From the NCBI GenBank assembly GCA_951406725.2, contig OX597815.1, forward strand, positions 73,656,001 through 73,720,000: a stretch of DNA of 64,000 bases, given 5' to 3'. A model generated the notes under the pieces. It had not been told where the DNA came from. It saw only the letters and a list, made by a program, of their open reading frames with translations, and made no database searches. The DNA is from Octopus vulgaris. Taxonomy: Eukaryota. A program made the position numbers and the translations under genes. Each line of letters starts with the position of its first letter. Positions within the stretch are counted from its first letter, which is position 1. This document shows, in pieces, positions 50,481 through 63,810 of the stretch.

Positions 50481-53248
50481 AAATTGATCATCATCATAAT
50501 CATCACCCTCATAGTATGTGTCTTCCTTGCTAGTATGGGTTGGATGGTTTGACAGGAGCTGGTAAGTCAGAGAGCTGCACCAGGCTCCATTGTCTGCTTT
50601 GGAATGGTTTCTATAGCTGGATGCTCTTCCTAACACCATCCACTTTACAGAGTGTATTGGGTGCTTTTTTGTAGCATGAGCACTAATGCTTTTTACGTGG
50701 TACCAGCACCAGTGGGGGTTACCAAATAACTTTCAAGGCAAAGATCTCTTGGCTGAGAGAGGGAGTGGAACTGAGGGAGGTGGCTTTTGCGACAAAAGAG
50801 AGGTTAAAATATGATAGAGGGATAGAGACAGGTGCCTTACTACCTCAGTAGGAAATGAAAGGGGAGGAAGGTGAGATAGAGAAATGGATGGTATTGGAGA
50901 TACATTGAGACATACTTACAAGGAACAGTGGGGGGAATATAAATAGTACAGAGGGGATGTTTCATAGTGTGAGGGGAGAAATTTAGAGATGGAAAAGAGT
51001 TGACTGTAAATAGTGAAGGTGATAGAAATTGGAATGGGTGTGGGTGGGTTACATTTGCAAAAAAAAAAAAAAATGATGGCTTAGTTTCATACAAGAAGAC
51101 AAAATGATCAAGTGGTAACCTAACAGGAGTTATGGAACTTTACACTAAAAATTATTGTTTCTCTTACAACCCTAATCATGGTGCTAAGCTTATCAAAGCC
51201 ATGACTCAGGAAATCAAACTTCTTCATCTTCATCTATAATGATTAAAGATATAGTCAATTTATTAAGAAATATACAGATATTAATGCTATCTATTCTGGT
51301 GCAAGCTGAATCCTTTTCTGCCTATTGGATGTGTGGTAAAGTGATTAGTCATCCCTGACAGGCCAAGTTGCTGACAGAGTTACATTTTAATGATTACGTT
51401 CTAAGTGGTTATTTGTTCTATTCTGTCAAATAAAATAAAAGTTAATGTGATAATTCCCCTCTTTTATGTAATAAATCAGAGAGAAAAACATTAAAATATT
51501 TATTATTTTATCTTTTCTTTAAGAGAGAAGCAATGCCTGTGACCCTTTGCAGGATCTTTGAAATGGGAAAGGAAGGTACATGAAGGGATACCTGACCTAA
51601 ATGCTTGCAACAGAGTGGGATCCACTAAAGATGTCCAAGATGGCAATGCTAAAGATGTAAAATCAACAGCTAAAGATTGTTTCATATGCCCAAAATCTCC
51701 AGCTGATAAATTTCTTTACAATTTTATCTGTTTTATATCAGTGATTAATTTGATTCACCTTGCCAAGAGATCATAATCTGGGTTATGATTATGAGCTGTG
51801 TGAAGGCAGCAAGCTTGAAGAATTGTTACCAATTCTGGATAAAATGCTTAGCTGCATTTTGTCCATCTCTATGTTCTGAATTCAAATTCCACTGATGCCA
51901 ACTTTACCTTTCATCCTTTCAGGGTTGATAAAATAAGTACCAGTTGAGCATTGGGGTTGATGTAATCAACTAACCCCCTACCCCAGAAAGGGTTATGAGC
52001 TGTGTGTTGACTAGTGAGTGGCAGTCCAGTTCATGCCCACCCAATAAGTTAGAAATAGCTATAAATAATTTTATCAGTTTCAAACTAAACTATTTTACAT
52101 CCATTTTACATGCCAGCATAATTGGAATGATTGCTGTCGCAGCAATGATTTGGATTACTTTATTATTACAAACTGGGAAGAAGTTGGAAAAAAAACAGTT
52201 TCACCTCTCTAATTCAGGTAAACAAGAGTAATTAGAGTTATGTTCCTTGCTTGAAAGCACTTAACAATAGTTATTAACAGATTTGAGCTTGGGACCTTGT
52301 GATCAATAGCCTAGTGCGTTAATCTCATGGCTATTAAATATTTAATTAATTTTATGAAAAAGTATCACTAGATAAATAGATAGATAGACAAAGAGAGAGA
52401 GAGAGAGAGAGATCAAGTAAGAGTGTGTGTGTGTGTGTGTGTGTGTGTATGTATATATACATACACACACACATATATAAGGTGTATTAAGGTTTAATCT
52501 CAGATGCATTAATCTGCATTAAATGTGGTGGTGGTGGTGGTGGTGGAGAGTTCTCCAGTGGTCAGGGCTGACCATTTATTTGCATCTTTATGTACAGGCC
52601 TTGGTAAGCCCTTTTTTTTGAAAGACAGGCAGTTGCTCAAGTATGAGAATCTCCCCTTTCCATGTCACGCATGTTTATCCAAAGGAAAGGCTGCAACTTT
52701 AGGGCTGACACAGTTTGGGACCAGTTTCTTCCCAGATATTGCTATCAAAATGCAAAGGATCAGAATACATTGCAAGGCATCTCGTCTGATACTCTAACAG
52801 TTCTTTAAATACATTGTTCTGGATTGGTACTTTTCGGGGTTAATAAAAAGGTTCAGTATCCCTGTTGGCACCATGGACAAGTGTCTTCTTTTATAGCCCC
52901 AAACCAACAAAAGCTTTGTGAGTGGATCAGAAACTGAAAAAGGGTAACAGAAAGTTGGCAACAGGAAGAGCCAAAGAAAAGGGATTTTCTATGGCCTCTT
53001 GCCATTGAAAAATCTGTCTCAATTAATTATGACTGATTGCTGCAAGCATGGAAAAATGGATATTAAAATAATCTTCACATTGATGATGAAATAATGAAAG
53101 GCAAAGACAATCTTAGTAGAATTTGAAATTAAGGCACAAAGTTGGAACAAATACTGCAGTGCATTCAATCCAACACTCTAAGAACTCTGCTGGTTATCAC
53201 TTGAGTTAAATATGGAAATTTGAAATAAAATAATGGATTAAGGCTTAC

Positions 53249-53336
53249 CTCATCTGGTACAAAACGCAAACGGTGTATAGGAGTTGACTTGCTATATGTC
53301 ACCATACCATTCTTGTCAAGAGACATAACAGAAAAC
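53249..53336 (-). CDS. GMCL1: germ cell-less coding exon
   Basis: ttctttcttcag| ... gatgag|gtaagc; 88 nt, phase 2-0. Encodes FSVMSLDKNGMVTYSKSTPIHRLRFVPDE, cf. LRLASFDSSGKLICSRTTGYQILTLEKDQ. Confidence 0.93.
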
Positions 53337-54944
53337 CTGAAGAAAGAAATCAAAACCTAATGTGTAAAGATCTTTCTGAGATACACAGTGGTGTGAGAGG
53401 GAGCAAGAGAGAAGTAAAAAAAAACAGTAAACAGGTGAGAGTATAGGTGAGAGGACATACATCCTGAGTGAGAGGATGGGATCAGAAGTTTAACGAAAGC
53501 TTTGAATCCACAGACTCATGAGGCTGAAATTTATTCAAATTTTCTAGGTGTTAAGGCAGAGAAGTACAAGAGTCAGCCCTGAACAAAATGCCAGTCTGTC
53601 GCAGGGTTAACCTGAAGGTGATACTGCTAAGTGTGCTGAAGCAATGTGCCTTGCCCAAGGGCACAACATGCCATCTGGTCCAAGAACCAAACCCATGACC
53701 TAAGGATTGTGAAGGATTGCACATTAACCATTAAGCTATGGCCCTTCACAAGATTAATACAAGTTTATTGGAAGAGGGAGAACATTGTAAAAAGAAATAA
53801 ATACAATACAAAAATGATGATGATCATCATCATCTTTTAATATCCATCTTAAATGCTGGGCATGAGTTGATTGGTTTGTATGCCAGTGTCTGCTTTAGCA
53901 TGCTCTCTACAGTTGGATTTCCTTCTTAATTTCAACCAGTTTAAAAAGTGTGTTGTCGCCATCGCTGCCGCCACCACCATCGTCATCATTAAATGCCTGT
54001 TTTCCATGCTGGGAAGGGTTGGATGGATTAACCAAAGCTGGTAAGGCCAGGAGCCACACTAGGCTCTATTTGTTCTGGCATGCCCTTCCTAATGCCAACA
54101 AGTCCACAGAGTGTACTAAGTACTTTTTATGTTGTACCAGCACCAGTGCTTTTAATGTTGCAGACAGATCTTCGTGAGTACAGCAGTATGCCAGATACCT
54201 TGGTCCTTAGTCATCTCCTTTGTAAGGCTCAGTATCTTGCAATCAGCCTTCAATACTTCGTATGTATGGATGAGAAATTAACGAGAAGACTAAAAGATTA
54301 TACAGCAAGACAGGGCACTACTGTCAAGAACAAAAGAATGTTGAGATTTTTTTTGCAAGGGAAAGGATTAATAAAAGAGCAAAAACGGCTGGAAATCAAG
54401 GAAAATTGAAATTACAAAAAATAATAAATATATCAAATAAAATTTTTAAAATAAAGTTTACAAGCAGAGGAAATAGCACACAGCCTTTTCTTTTTAAATT
54501 CAATGAAGTAAATATTTAAGCCAAGAACAAATCAACAGAATTATAAAAGTTAGATGATAATGGTAAAATCAAATAAATAAACATGATAATTAAGGTAATT
54601 CCTGGACATTATTGGCTTGGGGCCTCAGACTCATAGAGCTGGTTACCTGATTTCACAACATTCTCTCTGAATGGGATGCCAGTCTGTTGTAGGGTTATTG
54701 TGTATAGCTGAATAGACCATAGTATTGTAAAATAAAGTGTCTTGCTCAAGAACACAATGTACAATCTGGTACAGGAATCAATACCACGATCTTGTGATCA
54801 TGAGTACAACACACTAATCACTAGGCCATGTGCCTTCACAAGGTGAATAAGAAGAGCAAAAGGAATGAAGTACAAGAGAAAGAACAAAATAAAGAAAGAA
54901 AGGAATAAGAAAGATTTATCAAAACAGTAAAATTTAAATATTAC

Positions 54945-55028
54945 TTATAAAATATTCTCCGGGTTGGTTGTAGACTAACAGATCCATTGTATGGTTGACT
55001 TTGCGTGTTTCTCTTGAAGACAAAACCC
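54945..55028 (-). CDS. GMCL1: germ cell-less coding exon
   Basis: tattttttcag| ... ttataa|gtaata; 84 nt, phase 2-2. Encodes (R)GFVFKRNTQSQPYNGSVSLQPTRRIFY(K), cf. IIFKRNTLNQPCSGSVSLQPRRSIAFR. Confidence 0.95.
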
Positions 55029-55702
55029 CTGAAAAAATACAAATGAAATGACTGTGAATTTATGATTCATCTGTTTGTTTTTATACGGGTTAGATGAATA
55101 TATATATTACTGAAATACACCCTGCCTGTCGCTAAACCTTATCTATTTTGAAAATAAGGGCTCCTTTGTTATTTCACACATCTTTGAAGGCACAAAGCTA
55201 GTGGGCAATTTGTTTACAGGGGAAATGACAAAACCACCAATTGTTTTGAGAAGCACAAATGTTAGCACACACATACATGTCCTACATATGATGGCCTCCT
55301 TTCAGTTTCAATCTACTAAAGCCACTCACAAGGCTTAAGAAGTGTGCTTCCCATGTGGGATTGAGAAACAAACTCCTCAATTCCATACGATGATAAAGTC
55401 TAAAATGTGGATGTTGGAAAACTGTAGCAAATGTGTGGAAGTGATAAAATGAATGATGTTGAGTCAGTATGGCAGCAGGCATCAAACAATGGCTATTGAG
55501 GCTGCAGCTGATATTATTGAAAGGAGCAATGGATGTTACTCCTCTAGCTTCAACTAAACATGTTGTTTACCAACTAACCAATTTTGATCCAGAAAGTCCA
55601 TGAAGAAAGGTCTGTGACCATCAAGTCTTTTATTTTTCACACACAGTAAGTTAGGTTTGATTTAAGTGTGCTGTTGCTGAAAGGTTCAATAACTGTATAG
55701 AG

Positions 55703-55984
55703 CAGTGGTTCCTAAAGTGGGTGGTATTTGGGGGTGGGGGTGAAAAGATCAGGGAGGGCATTGAAGAAAAGAGGGGTGATAGTGGAATGGCCAAAGGGGA
55801 GCAATGGATATAAAGAAACCAAAATAATGGGTTACTTAGGTTAAGTTTTATTTGTGATATGCAGTTGATTTGAATTTGCTGAAGAAAGTGGTCTGTGTTT
55901 GTGGTGGTGAGTGGGGTAGGAGGTGCTAAGAATGTGGCCCAGGTATCAAGGGGGCAGCAGCTTGAAAAAGTTTGGGAACTGCTG
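55703..55984. mobile_element. hAT-like MITE
   Basis: TIRs cagtggttcctaaa / tttgggaactgctg; TSD gtatagag/gtgtagag; sister copy at 59361-59627. Confidence 0.8.
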
Positions 55985-57579
55985 GTGTAGAGGGCCCCAT
56001 GGTTGCTAACCATGCCAAGAATTATGTGACACTCACATCTCATTAGTTAACAGTTATTGTCGGGAAATGAAACAACTTATAAAAATTAAAAAGAAATTAC
56101 TGGAACAATTATAAAATGGAATCCCTTGTTTTATGAGATCATGGGAGAACAGTAGAAAGCATGGAAGGATGGAGAGTTCTCTGCTGGTTACAATGATAGG
56201 GGTTCAGTTGTTCAATCAAATGCATTAACATGTAGGTGGCTGAGTATTCCACGGACATGTGCACCATTAACATAATTCTCAGCCAGAATCAGCCTGATGC
56301 ATGTGACAGGGCTGTGTCTTTGAATTGTAAGTATAATCCCTCCATTGGGCTTCTACACAGTTTCCATCTACCCAATTTCACTCACAAGGTATGAGTTGGC
56401 CAGAGGCTGTAGAAAATTACATTCATCCAAGATGCCATGCAGTGGGATTGAACCTAGAGCCCTGTGGTTGTGAAGTGCAATTTTTAACTATTCAGTGTTA
56501 CTGCATTTAAATAGAAAGCATTTTGGCTAAAATGACATAACTTTAATTACTTGTAACTATTTTATTATTAATTTCTAGACCCCACCCCCCTAACCTAAAA
56601 AACCTACAAAAATACAGATTTTCATCCTGAGTGTGCAAAACAACATCAATGCAGAAAATTTGAAAAAAATCTAGTGAAAATTCAAAACACTTAAAGTGGT
56701 TGGAAGAATTTTTTAAAAACATCCTGTATATTAAATAAAACAAGTGCAATGTATGAGTCATATTACTCACTTAAAAACACACAATATATACTCTTACATA
56801 TTTTAATAGCATCGTATACTATAAAGTATCAGAAGATGCTTTGCTTTAAGATTTGATTACTAACGTTACTAATGTAATTCCAATGCAGTGATGTTGTGAG
56901 ATGGGTGAATGGTCAAGTTGTAGCTTTTATCTTTTACTTGTTTCAGTTATTTGATTGCAGCCATGCTGAAGCACCACCTTGAAGAGTTTTAATAGAACAA
57001 TCGACCCCCCAAGACAATTTTTTTTTTGACGTCTAGAACTTATTCTATCAGTGTGTATTGCTGAACTGCTAAGTTACAGGTCTGTAAACACACCAACAAT
57101 GGTTATCAAGCAGTGGTGGGGGAAAAATACAGACACAAAGACACACACACGCATACACAGATATATACATATATTTATATACAACAGGCTTCTTTTAGTT
57201 TCCATCTACCAAATTCACTCACAAGGCTTTGGTCTGTTCAAGACTATTGTAGAGAACACCTGTCCAAGGTACTATGCAGTGGGGCTGAACCTGTGTTGCA
57301 AGCTTCTTACAATACATTCACGCCTGCATCTACATGCGAGGGAACTTTTCAATATTTTATAGTATACATCAATAATGTTTTAAAATAAAACAAAATTACA
57401 TATAACAGTTTATGTTGTAATTCTAAATGGTCTCAGATCAAGTGACATCTTTCCAAACGAAGTCAAACTCCAAAGTTTAAATATTTCTAACACAAAACAT
57501 TAAGTTTATAACAAGTTTATACAGACAATAACTGTTTACAATAAAGAAAGAAGAGATTCCACGAACTTCTTCAATAGAT

Positions 57580-57940
57580 TACAGGCGTGGATGTATGGTA
57601 AAAAGCTTGCTTCCCAACCAAATGGTCCTGGGTTCAGTCCCACTGTATGGCACGTTGGGCAAGCGTCTTCTACTATAGCCTCGGGCCGACCAAAGCCTTT
57701 TTGAGTCGATTTCGTAGAAACCGAAACTGAAAGAAGACCACCTCACCTCACCTGCCACATATATGTGTGTGTTTGTGTCTTGTTTGTCCCCCACCACCGC
57801 ATGACAAATGGTGTTTGTGTGTTTACGTCCCTGCATTTCGGCAAAGAGAGATTTTAAAAAACAAGTACTGGGAACAATTCATTCGACTAAAAGTTCTTCA
57901 AGGCGGAGCCACTGCATAGCCGCAGTCTAGCGACTGCACA
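57580..57940 (+). mobile_element. SINE family A copy with CpGs retained
   Basis: Full head, middle and tail; head-to-head with the minus copy at 56925-57335. Confidence 0.8.
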
Positions 57941-58783
57941 ATTGGGAGGCAAAGATATACCAGCACAGAAAAGTCAAATCGTAAATAAAGCTTTGAGCTC
58001 GATTAATATTTAACGGTGAGGGGGGAATAACTCTTGTTGCAAAAGTATCTAAGGGAAATAACTCTCAATGACAAAAAATAATCTAAACGGAAATAAAAAG
58101 ATTAGAGAGTTTATTTAATGTAGTGTCCTTCATTAGCCAAAGGCCTGCCATGATGGAACACTCTTATCATCAAAGAGGATCCACACCATAACCATTTTGT
58201 ACATTACTGACTACATACTTCAATGTGTTTTTCCTTCTTTAAAACAGTAGGTTACTGATTCAACGGAGTTTCGGCTGCTATTTATAGTTTGTCGAGCGAA
58301 CCACAAAGTAGCTTCTTCATTGGCTCATTTTATGTAATATTTTAGAAATGCTGAGAGCTGCAAATTGAACGAGGCGTCCGAGTAACCACATTTGAGTGAC
58401 AAGTAATCGACTGTTTATTTTCAGGTGTTGTACAGCGTAAGAATGACGGAGCGTCTTTGAACAAAGATATCTAAGAACTTTTGCTTCAGTTTATTTATAG
58501 CAAGAGGAGACATTGTTTACTATTTATTGTACGTTTAAGCAGCAGGTCAGTCTTGATCGAGCAGACAATATGATCGATGACGTTCCAGCAATGACTATCG
58601 GATATTTTATTAAAGAATCAAATTCAGCTGCCAGGCTGAGCTTTTTTATTTTTGGTCCCCTCGTGAGTTCGAAAATATAACAATGTTGCTCTGATGTTGA
58701 GACAATTAACTACGGATGCTGTTTAATTTTCTGACGTGAAAATACGAAGAGAGCATGCTCATATTTATCAAGTGAACTAGAAG

Positions 58784-58819
<36 letters not shown>

Positions 58820-59360
58820 GGGCGCCGTATGGTTAAGAAGTTTACTTAGCAATCACACGGTTTCAGTTTCAGTCCCACAATGCAGCACTCTGGGCAAGGG
58901 TTTTCTTCTATAGCCCTGAGCTGATGAAAGCCTTGAGAGTAGAATTAGTAGAGAGAAAACTGTATGGGAACCTATATATCATTATACCATACATGCTTGC
59001 ATACATACATATATGTGTGCATGTGTGCAAATGTTGACGTTCCACAGCTTCACTTACCATCATCTGAGTGCAACAATGCTAGTGTTTACATTCCTTGCTG
59101 ATATTGACTGGTTGCTCTATACTTTCAAAGACCAGTGAAGAATAAACCCCCTTACTTGAAAAACAGAAAAGGATGGCAACAGGAAGGGTATCAAGTTATA
59201 AAATACTGTCTCAAATAAGTCTCTAATCCAACCCATAATTGCATAGGAAAATAGTCATTGAATAAATGATCGAGTGAACATGAGTAAACGTTGGTTTAAA
59301 TACTATCATTAATGATATCAGTTAAGTCTGATAGTCTCATTATCTTATCGATTTTTAAAA

Positions 59361-59627
59361 CAGTGGTTCCCAAAGTGGGCGGTATGGCCCTCCCACTCGG
59401 TGGAGGGGGTGGCATTGAAGAAAAGTGGGGTGATAATAGGGTAGCAATTCATGTAAAAACAACAAAATAATGGGTCCATTAGGTTAAGTTTTATTTGTGA
59501 AATGCAGTTACTTTGAATTTGCTTTAGAAAGAGGTTTCTGTTTGTGACGGTTAGTTGGGGTGGGGACACTAGGAATGTGGCCTGGGTGTCAAAGAGGAAG
59601 CAGCCCGCAAAAGTTTTGGAACCACAG
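59361..59627. mobile_element. hAT-like MITE (same family as 55703-55984)
   Basis: cagtggttcccaaa ... ttgggaaccacag; TSD ttttaaaa/ctttaaaa; shared internal sequence. Confidence 0.8.
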
Positions 59628-60585
59628 CTTTAAAACATCAAAACACAAAAGACAAACAACCCAAAATTATCTGTTGTTCATATTACCCATTATCATTATT
59701 TAGTGTCTGTTTTCCATACTGGCATGGGTTGGACAGTTTGACTGGAGGTGGTAAGGCAGGGAGCTGCACCAAGCTCCAGTCATCTGTTTGGCTTGGTTTC
59801 TATTGTTGGATGCCCTTCATAATGCCAACCACTTTACAGAGTGTCTTTTATATGTTACCAGTTCAAGTGCCCCCTTACATGTCACCAGCACAGGTGCCTT
59901 TTACACATTTGTTTCTTTATTGTGCTCAAAGCAACTGTATTTAGACCAAATATTTAGTAACTACTTGATGTTTTTTCATTGTGAGAGGCAGAATCCATTG
60001 AAATGGATTAAATACTTTAGGTATTTAGTTGTTGTGTAACTCTAGTTTAGCCCTATTAAAGAAGGCCTATAATCAAAAGCATTCCAGCCATGGCCATCAT
60101 GTAATTGTTGAGACATGATATATCAAGGACTAATTTATTTAATGTGTCCTTTTTTCTTTAAGATAGTAGTGTGATGTGAGGGTGATTTGGCTGTTATTTC
60201 TAGCAAATTGTATAACCATGAAAAGGTCTTCTCATTAGTTCATGGTAGTATTAAGCTAATATCGTGTTGCATTCTGATTATTTTGCTTTCATCTTTTGAA
60301 CTTAATAATTTAAGTAGTAATCTTGTACTGAGGTTCATTAAATTGATGTACCCTCTCTTCAAAATGTGTGAATTTGTATCAAGGTAAGAATCAATATTAA
60401 ACTACAAACGGACATGGCTAGAGCAAGTGAGAGAACAGATTACAAGATGGAGAAGAGAAATATACAGCTAGCTATATAAAGATGTACTATTATATATATA
60501 TGTGTGTGTGTATGTATATATATATATAAAGAGAGAGAGAATTAAATGTATAAAGATATTTAAAGAGACCAAGTTAGATATGTAA

Positions 60586-60632
<47 letters not shown>

Positions 60633-60757
60633 TACAGAGAGATATATAATTAGATATATAAATATAGAGAGATATACAGATCATCATCATTTAATGTCCA
60701 CCTTCCATGCATGCATGGATAGAGATACCTAAATTTATATAGAGATATACTTGGTAC

Positions 60758-60819
60758 CTTTTAGTGAGAATAATCAGTAAATCAAAGCCATAGCTGTAAC
60801 CAGTCCACCGCCAGCAATA
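60758..60819 (-). CDS. GMCL1: germ cell-less coding exon
   Basis: ctctgttgcag| ... aaaag|gtacca; 62 nt, phase 0-2. Encodes YCWRWTGYSYGFDLLIILTK, matching the GCL hallmark YCWRWTGFNFGFDLL. Confidence 0.95.
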
Positions 60820-61505
60820 CTGCAACAGAGAAGTTTTATTAGTAAAGAATTATTTGAGTAACAAAGAGGAGTAGGAGGAAGATACAGTAATAACCACAAC
60901 AAACATATTTGTCTACAACTGTATTATTGAGGGCAACAGTTTTTGAATACTGTTGAAAGATTTGTCTCCTAGCAAGGTCTCCCAAAACAATAGAATCAAT
61001 CAAAGGTTAAACATTTAAAAATCATACACACACAAGAAAAATAACACCTAGTGTGAGGCCAAAATTGACACTTTCAGGGTAGCAACTACACATTCTTTGA
61101 ATACAGAATGGGTCTACTCCTTGCTGAATCATTCAGTCACCAAATCTATGCACAGAATTTAGTCATTGGGAAACTGGCCCGGGGTCAGGGTGTGTATGTG
61201 TTTAAACCTTGCTAGGTCCAATGTGTTGTGCAGACAATTACTACCATTGGTTGAAAATTACTCAGGAATTGGTGTTAGGAGGTGAAACTATCACCTTAAC
61301 CCTTTTGATCCCAACTCACCTGAGGTCACCCTTGATTTTAAGATAACAAATTCTGTTTTAAAGCAATGTAAATTAAAACATCCTATAAAAATTTTATATT
61401 AATTTATCTTCCAAACATCAAAATTAATTGAAACAAAAGCATTGTCTTTCAATAGAAATATGGTAACAAAAGAGTTGAAGGATTGGAGAAATCTGAAGTA
61501 CATAC

Positions 61506-61581
61506 TTTGCCATTTTTTTGTAGAATTCTTCCACATCGCATAGCTGTTTTGTTAAACTCCTCCTCAGAAAGTTGTTGTGGT
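61506..61581 (-). CDS. GMCL1: germ cell-less coding exon
   Basis: caactttag| ... ggcaaa|gtatgt; 76 nt, phase 2-0. Encodes PQQLSEEEFNKTAMRCGRILQKNGK with the conserved GCL MRCGR motif. Confidence 0.95.
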
Positions 61582-63469
61582 CTAAAGTTGATTGATATAG
61601 AAATAAATAAAAAAAGGACATGATAACCAAAATGCAATAAGATCCAACATTTTAGAATTTAAAGCTGCACTATTAGAGGTAATGTTAAATAATACTGAAG
61701 CTAAGTAACATTAAGATCAATGATTACATCTTTCTAGAAGATTCCCTCTTCATTGAGCCAATGAAGTTTTGGTCCAATAGTTTAAGAGTTGGCTGTTTAC
61801 ATCTCATTAATAGGCATTTGTCCTAAGTAAAGCCTCAATTGAACAGCCTTCTCATGAAATTGATATGCAAGTGGTTGAGCACTCCACAGACATGTGTACC
61901 CTTAACATAGTACTCAGAAAGATTTAGTATGACACTGAATGTGACAACACCAGCCCTTTGAAATACAGGTACAACTCATTTTTGCCAGCTGAGTGGACTG
62001 GAGCACACAATACATCACCAGGTATCAAACTCACAACTTTACAATATTGAGTCAAATATCCTAACAATTAAACTAGATGCCTTCCCAGAACTGTAGTCTG
62101 CTATGGTAACCCACCAAGATATCCATTAAGTAGTGGGCAGTACTGAAATAAAATTCATTCATGGCTCTAGAAAAGGTAATAGAAAATTACTCCTGTATCT
62201 ATTCTCTTGCATTATTACATAAAGACAAGGTCTTCTGTGATATCCTAACAAATAAACAGGTTTACAGCGAGGTTAAGGGGAACAAAGAACAACCCTAATT
62301 ACTACATCATTAACATCAAAACTAGGTCCATATTAAACTATTTTCCTAAGACAACTTAGAATAATGTATCAAAAATGAATATTTTCAAATTCTTTAAGTT
62401 GTTTTTCCTAACACCAAGTCTTTGACAGGCAAATTGACCAAGTCAAAGGGAAGTAGTATATTGTATCTTGTTTAAAGGTACAATACAACACAATAGTGAT
62501 AATACTTGGAATTAAGAACAAGAGAGTCATATCTAGTTTATGACACTGAAGTATTGTCTAATTCGCTATGCACACATATACATATATGATGGTTATCATG
62601 AGTAATGCTCGATTCTACAGTAAAGATCTCTAAAATCTCAACAGTCTATTTTACCACATTAACACTTTAGCATTTAAACCAGGCATATCCGGCCCAAATA
62701 TCCTACTTGTTTTATGTTCAAACTGGCCAGATCGGCCTCTCACACTTATCCAACATCTGTCATTCTAAACAGTCACATTATTGAAATCTGAAAGCTACAA
62801 GATAATACATGAGTAATTCAAAATAATGTGAATATATAAGCATTACTAAGGCACATGGTTCAGTGGTTAGAGTGTTGAGCTAACTATTGTGAGGTTGTTT
62901 GATTTCTGGACTGGGCTGTGTGATGTGTTCTTGAGCAAGACACTTTACTTCACATTGCTTCAGTTCACTCAGCTATAGAAATGAATTGCAATGTCACTGG
63001 GACCAAGCTATATAGACCTTTGCCTTTCCCTTGGATAACATCAGTAGAGAGGGTAGGCTGGTATGCATGAGTCACTGCTGGTCTTCCATAAACAACCTTA
63101 CTCGAACTTGTGCCTCAGAGAAGAACTTTCTAGGTGCAATCTCATGGTCATTCATGACCAAAGGGGGTCTTTACTCCTTTTCAGCATTACATTTAACAGA
63201 ATAATCTGAAAGCTTAAGGGTTAAAAACCATGGTCTCTCTCTCACCCTAACTAACAATGAATTCAAATCATCACAATGGCTTAAGTAAAGAAAAGAAAAC
63301 TAATTCCATTCCATTGCAGTGTCCTCTGACTCACTAACATGAAGATAAAGACCTCAGTGGTCATCCAGCAACCAAATGAGTTATGGGACATAACTAGTTA
63401 TTTCAGAAAAACAATATGTCACTCTAATAAGTATAAACTATATAACATTAATGGGAAATATATTCTTAC

Positions 63470-63539
63470 CCTTTATCTAACCCTTGGTCAACTGCAAGCA
63501 TTTTGTTCCACTGATAGGTGAAGTAAGGCTGCAACCATT
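63470..63539 (-). CDS. GMCL1: germ cell-less coding exon
   Basis: ttgctttccag| ... aaagg|gtaaga; 70 nt, phase 1-2. Encodes (E)WLQPYFTYQWNKMLAVDQGLDK(G), cf. GMCL1 EWLSSVYKQQWFAMLRAEQDSEVG. Too short for the ORF track. Confidence 0.93.
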
Positions 63540-63672
63540 CTGGAAAGCAACAAAAGTTTTAGACATTGTAAATATAGAGTGGCGCTTATAACAGTCATTG
63601 ACAGTGTGGAATATAATTTTTACAAGAGAGAAAAAAACTTATCTGTTAAAATAAAGAGCAAATGAAACTCAC

Positions 63673-63810
63673 CTGGTGAAACAATGTGGTCAGCATAAAG
63701 GGTTTTTACAGATTGCATATCGTTGATAATATGGTGAAACCTCACTTGCCGAAATACTGAGATGTACTTGCGGCCTTCCTTAGTCATCAGAAAATAATGG
63801 TTTTCTTTGC
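63673..63810 (-). CDS. GMCL1: germ cell-less (GCL/GMCL1) internal coding exon, most 5' exon visible in window
   Basis: Acceptor ttttttccatcag|, donor ccag|gtgagt; 138 nt, phase 1-1. Encodes KENHYFLMTKEGRKYISVFRQVRFHHIINDMQSVKTLYADHIVSP, similar to vertebrate GMCL1 FLETEQGKPFVSVFRHLRLQYIISDLASARIIEQDAVVPS (recalled). Confidence 0.93.

Noticed and set aside
51503-51776. Protein-like ORFs on both strands in the last gcl intron (possible alternative exon)
   Set aside because: Splice phases do not fit between the flanking gcl exons, and the plus strand (KWERKVHEG...CFICPK) resembles a decayed RTE-BovB C-terminus.
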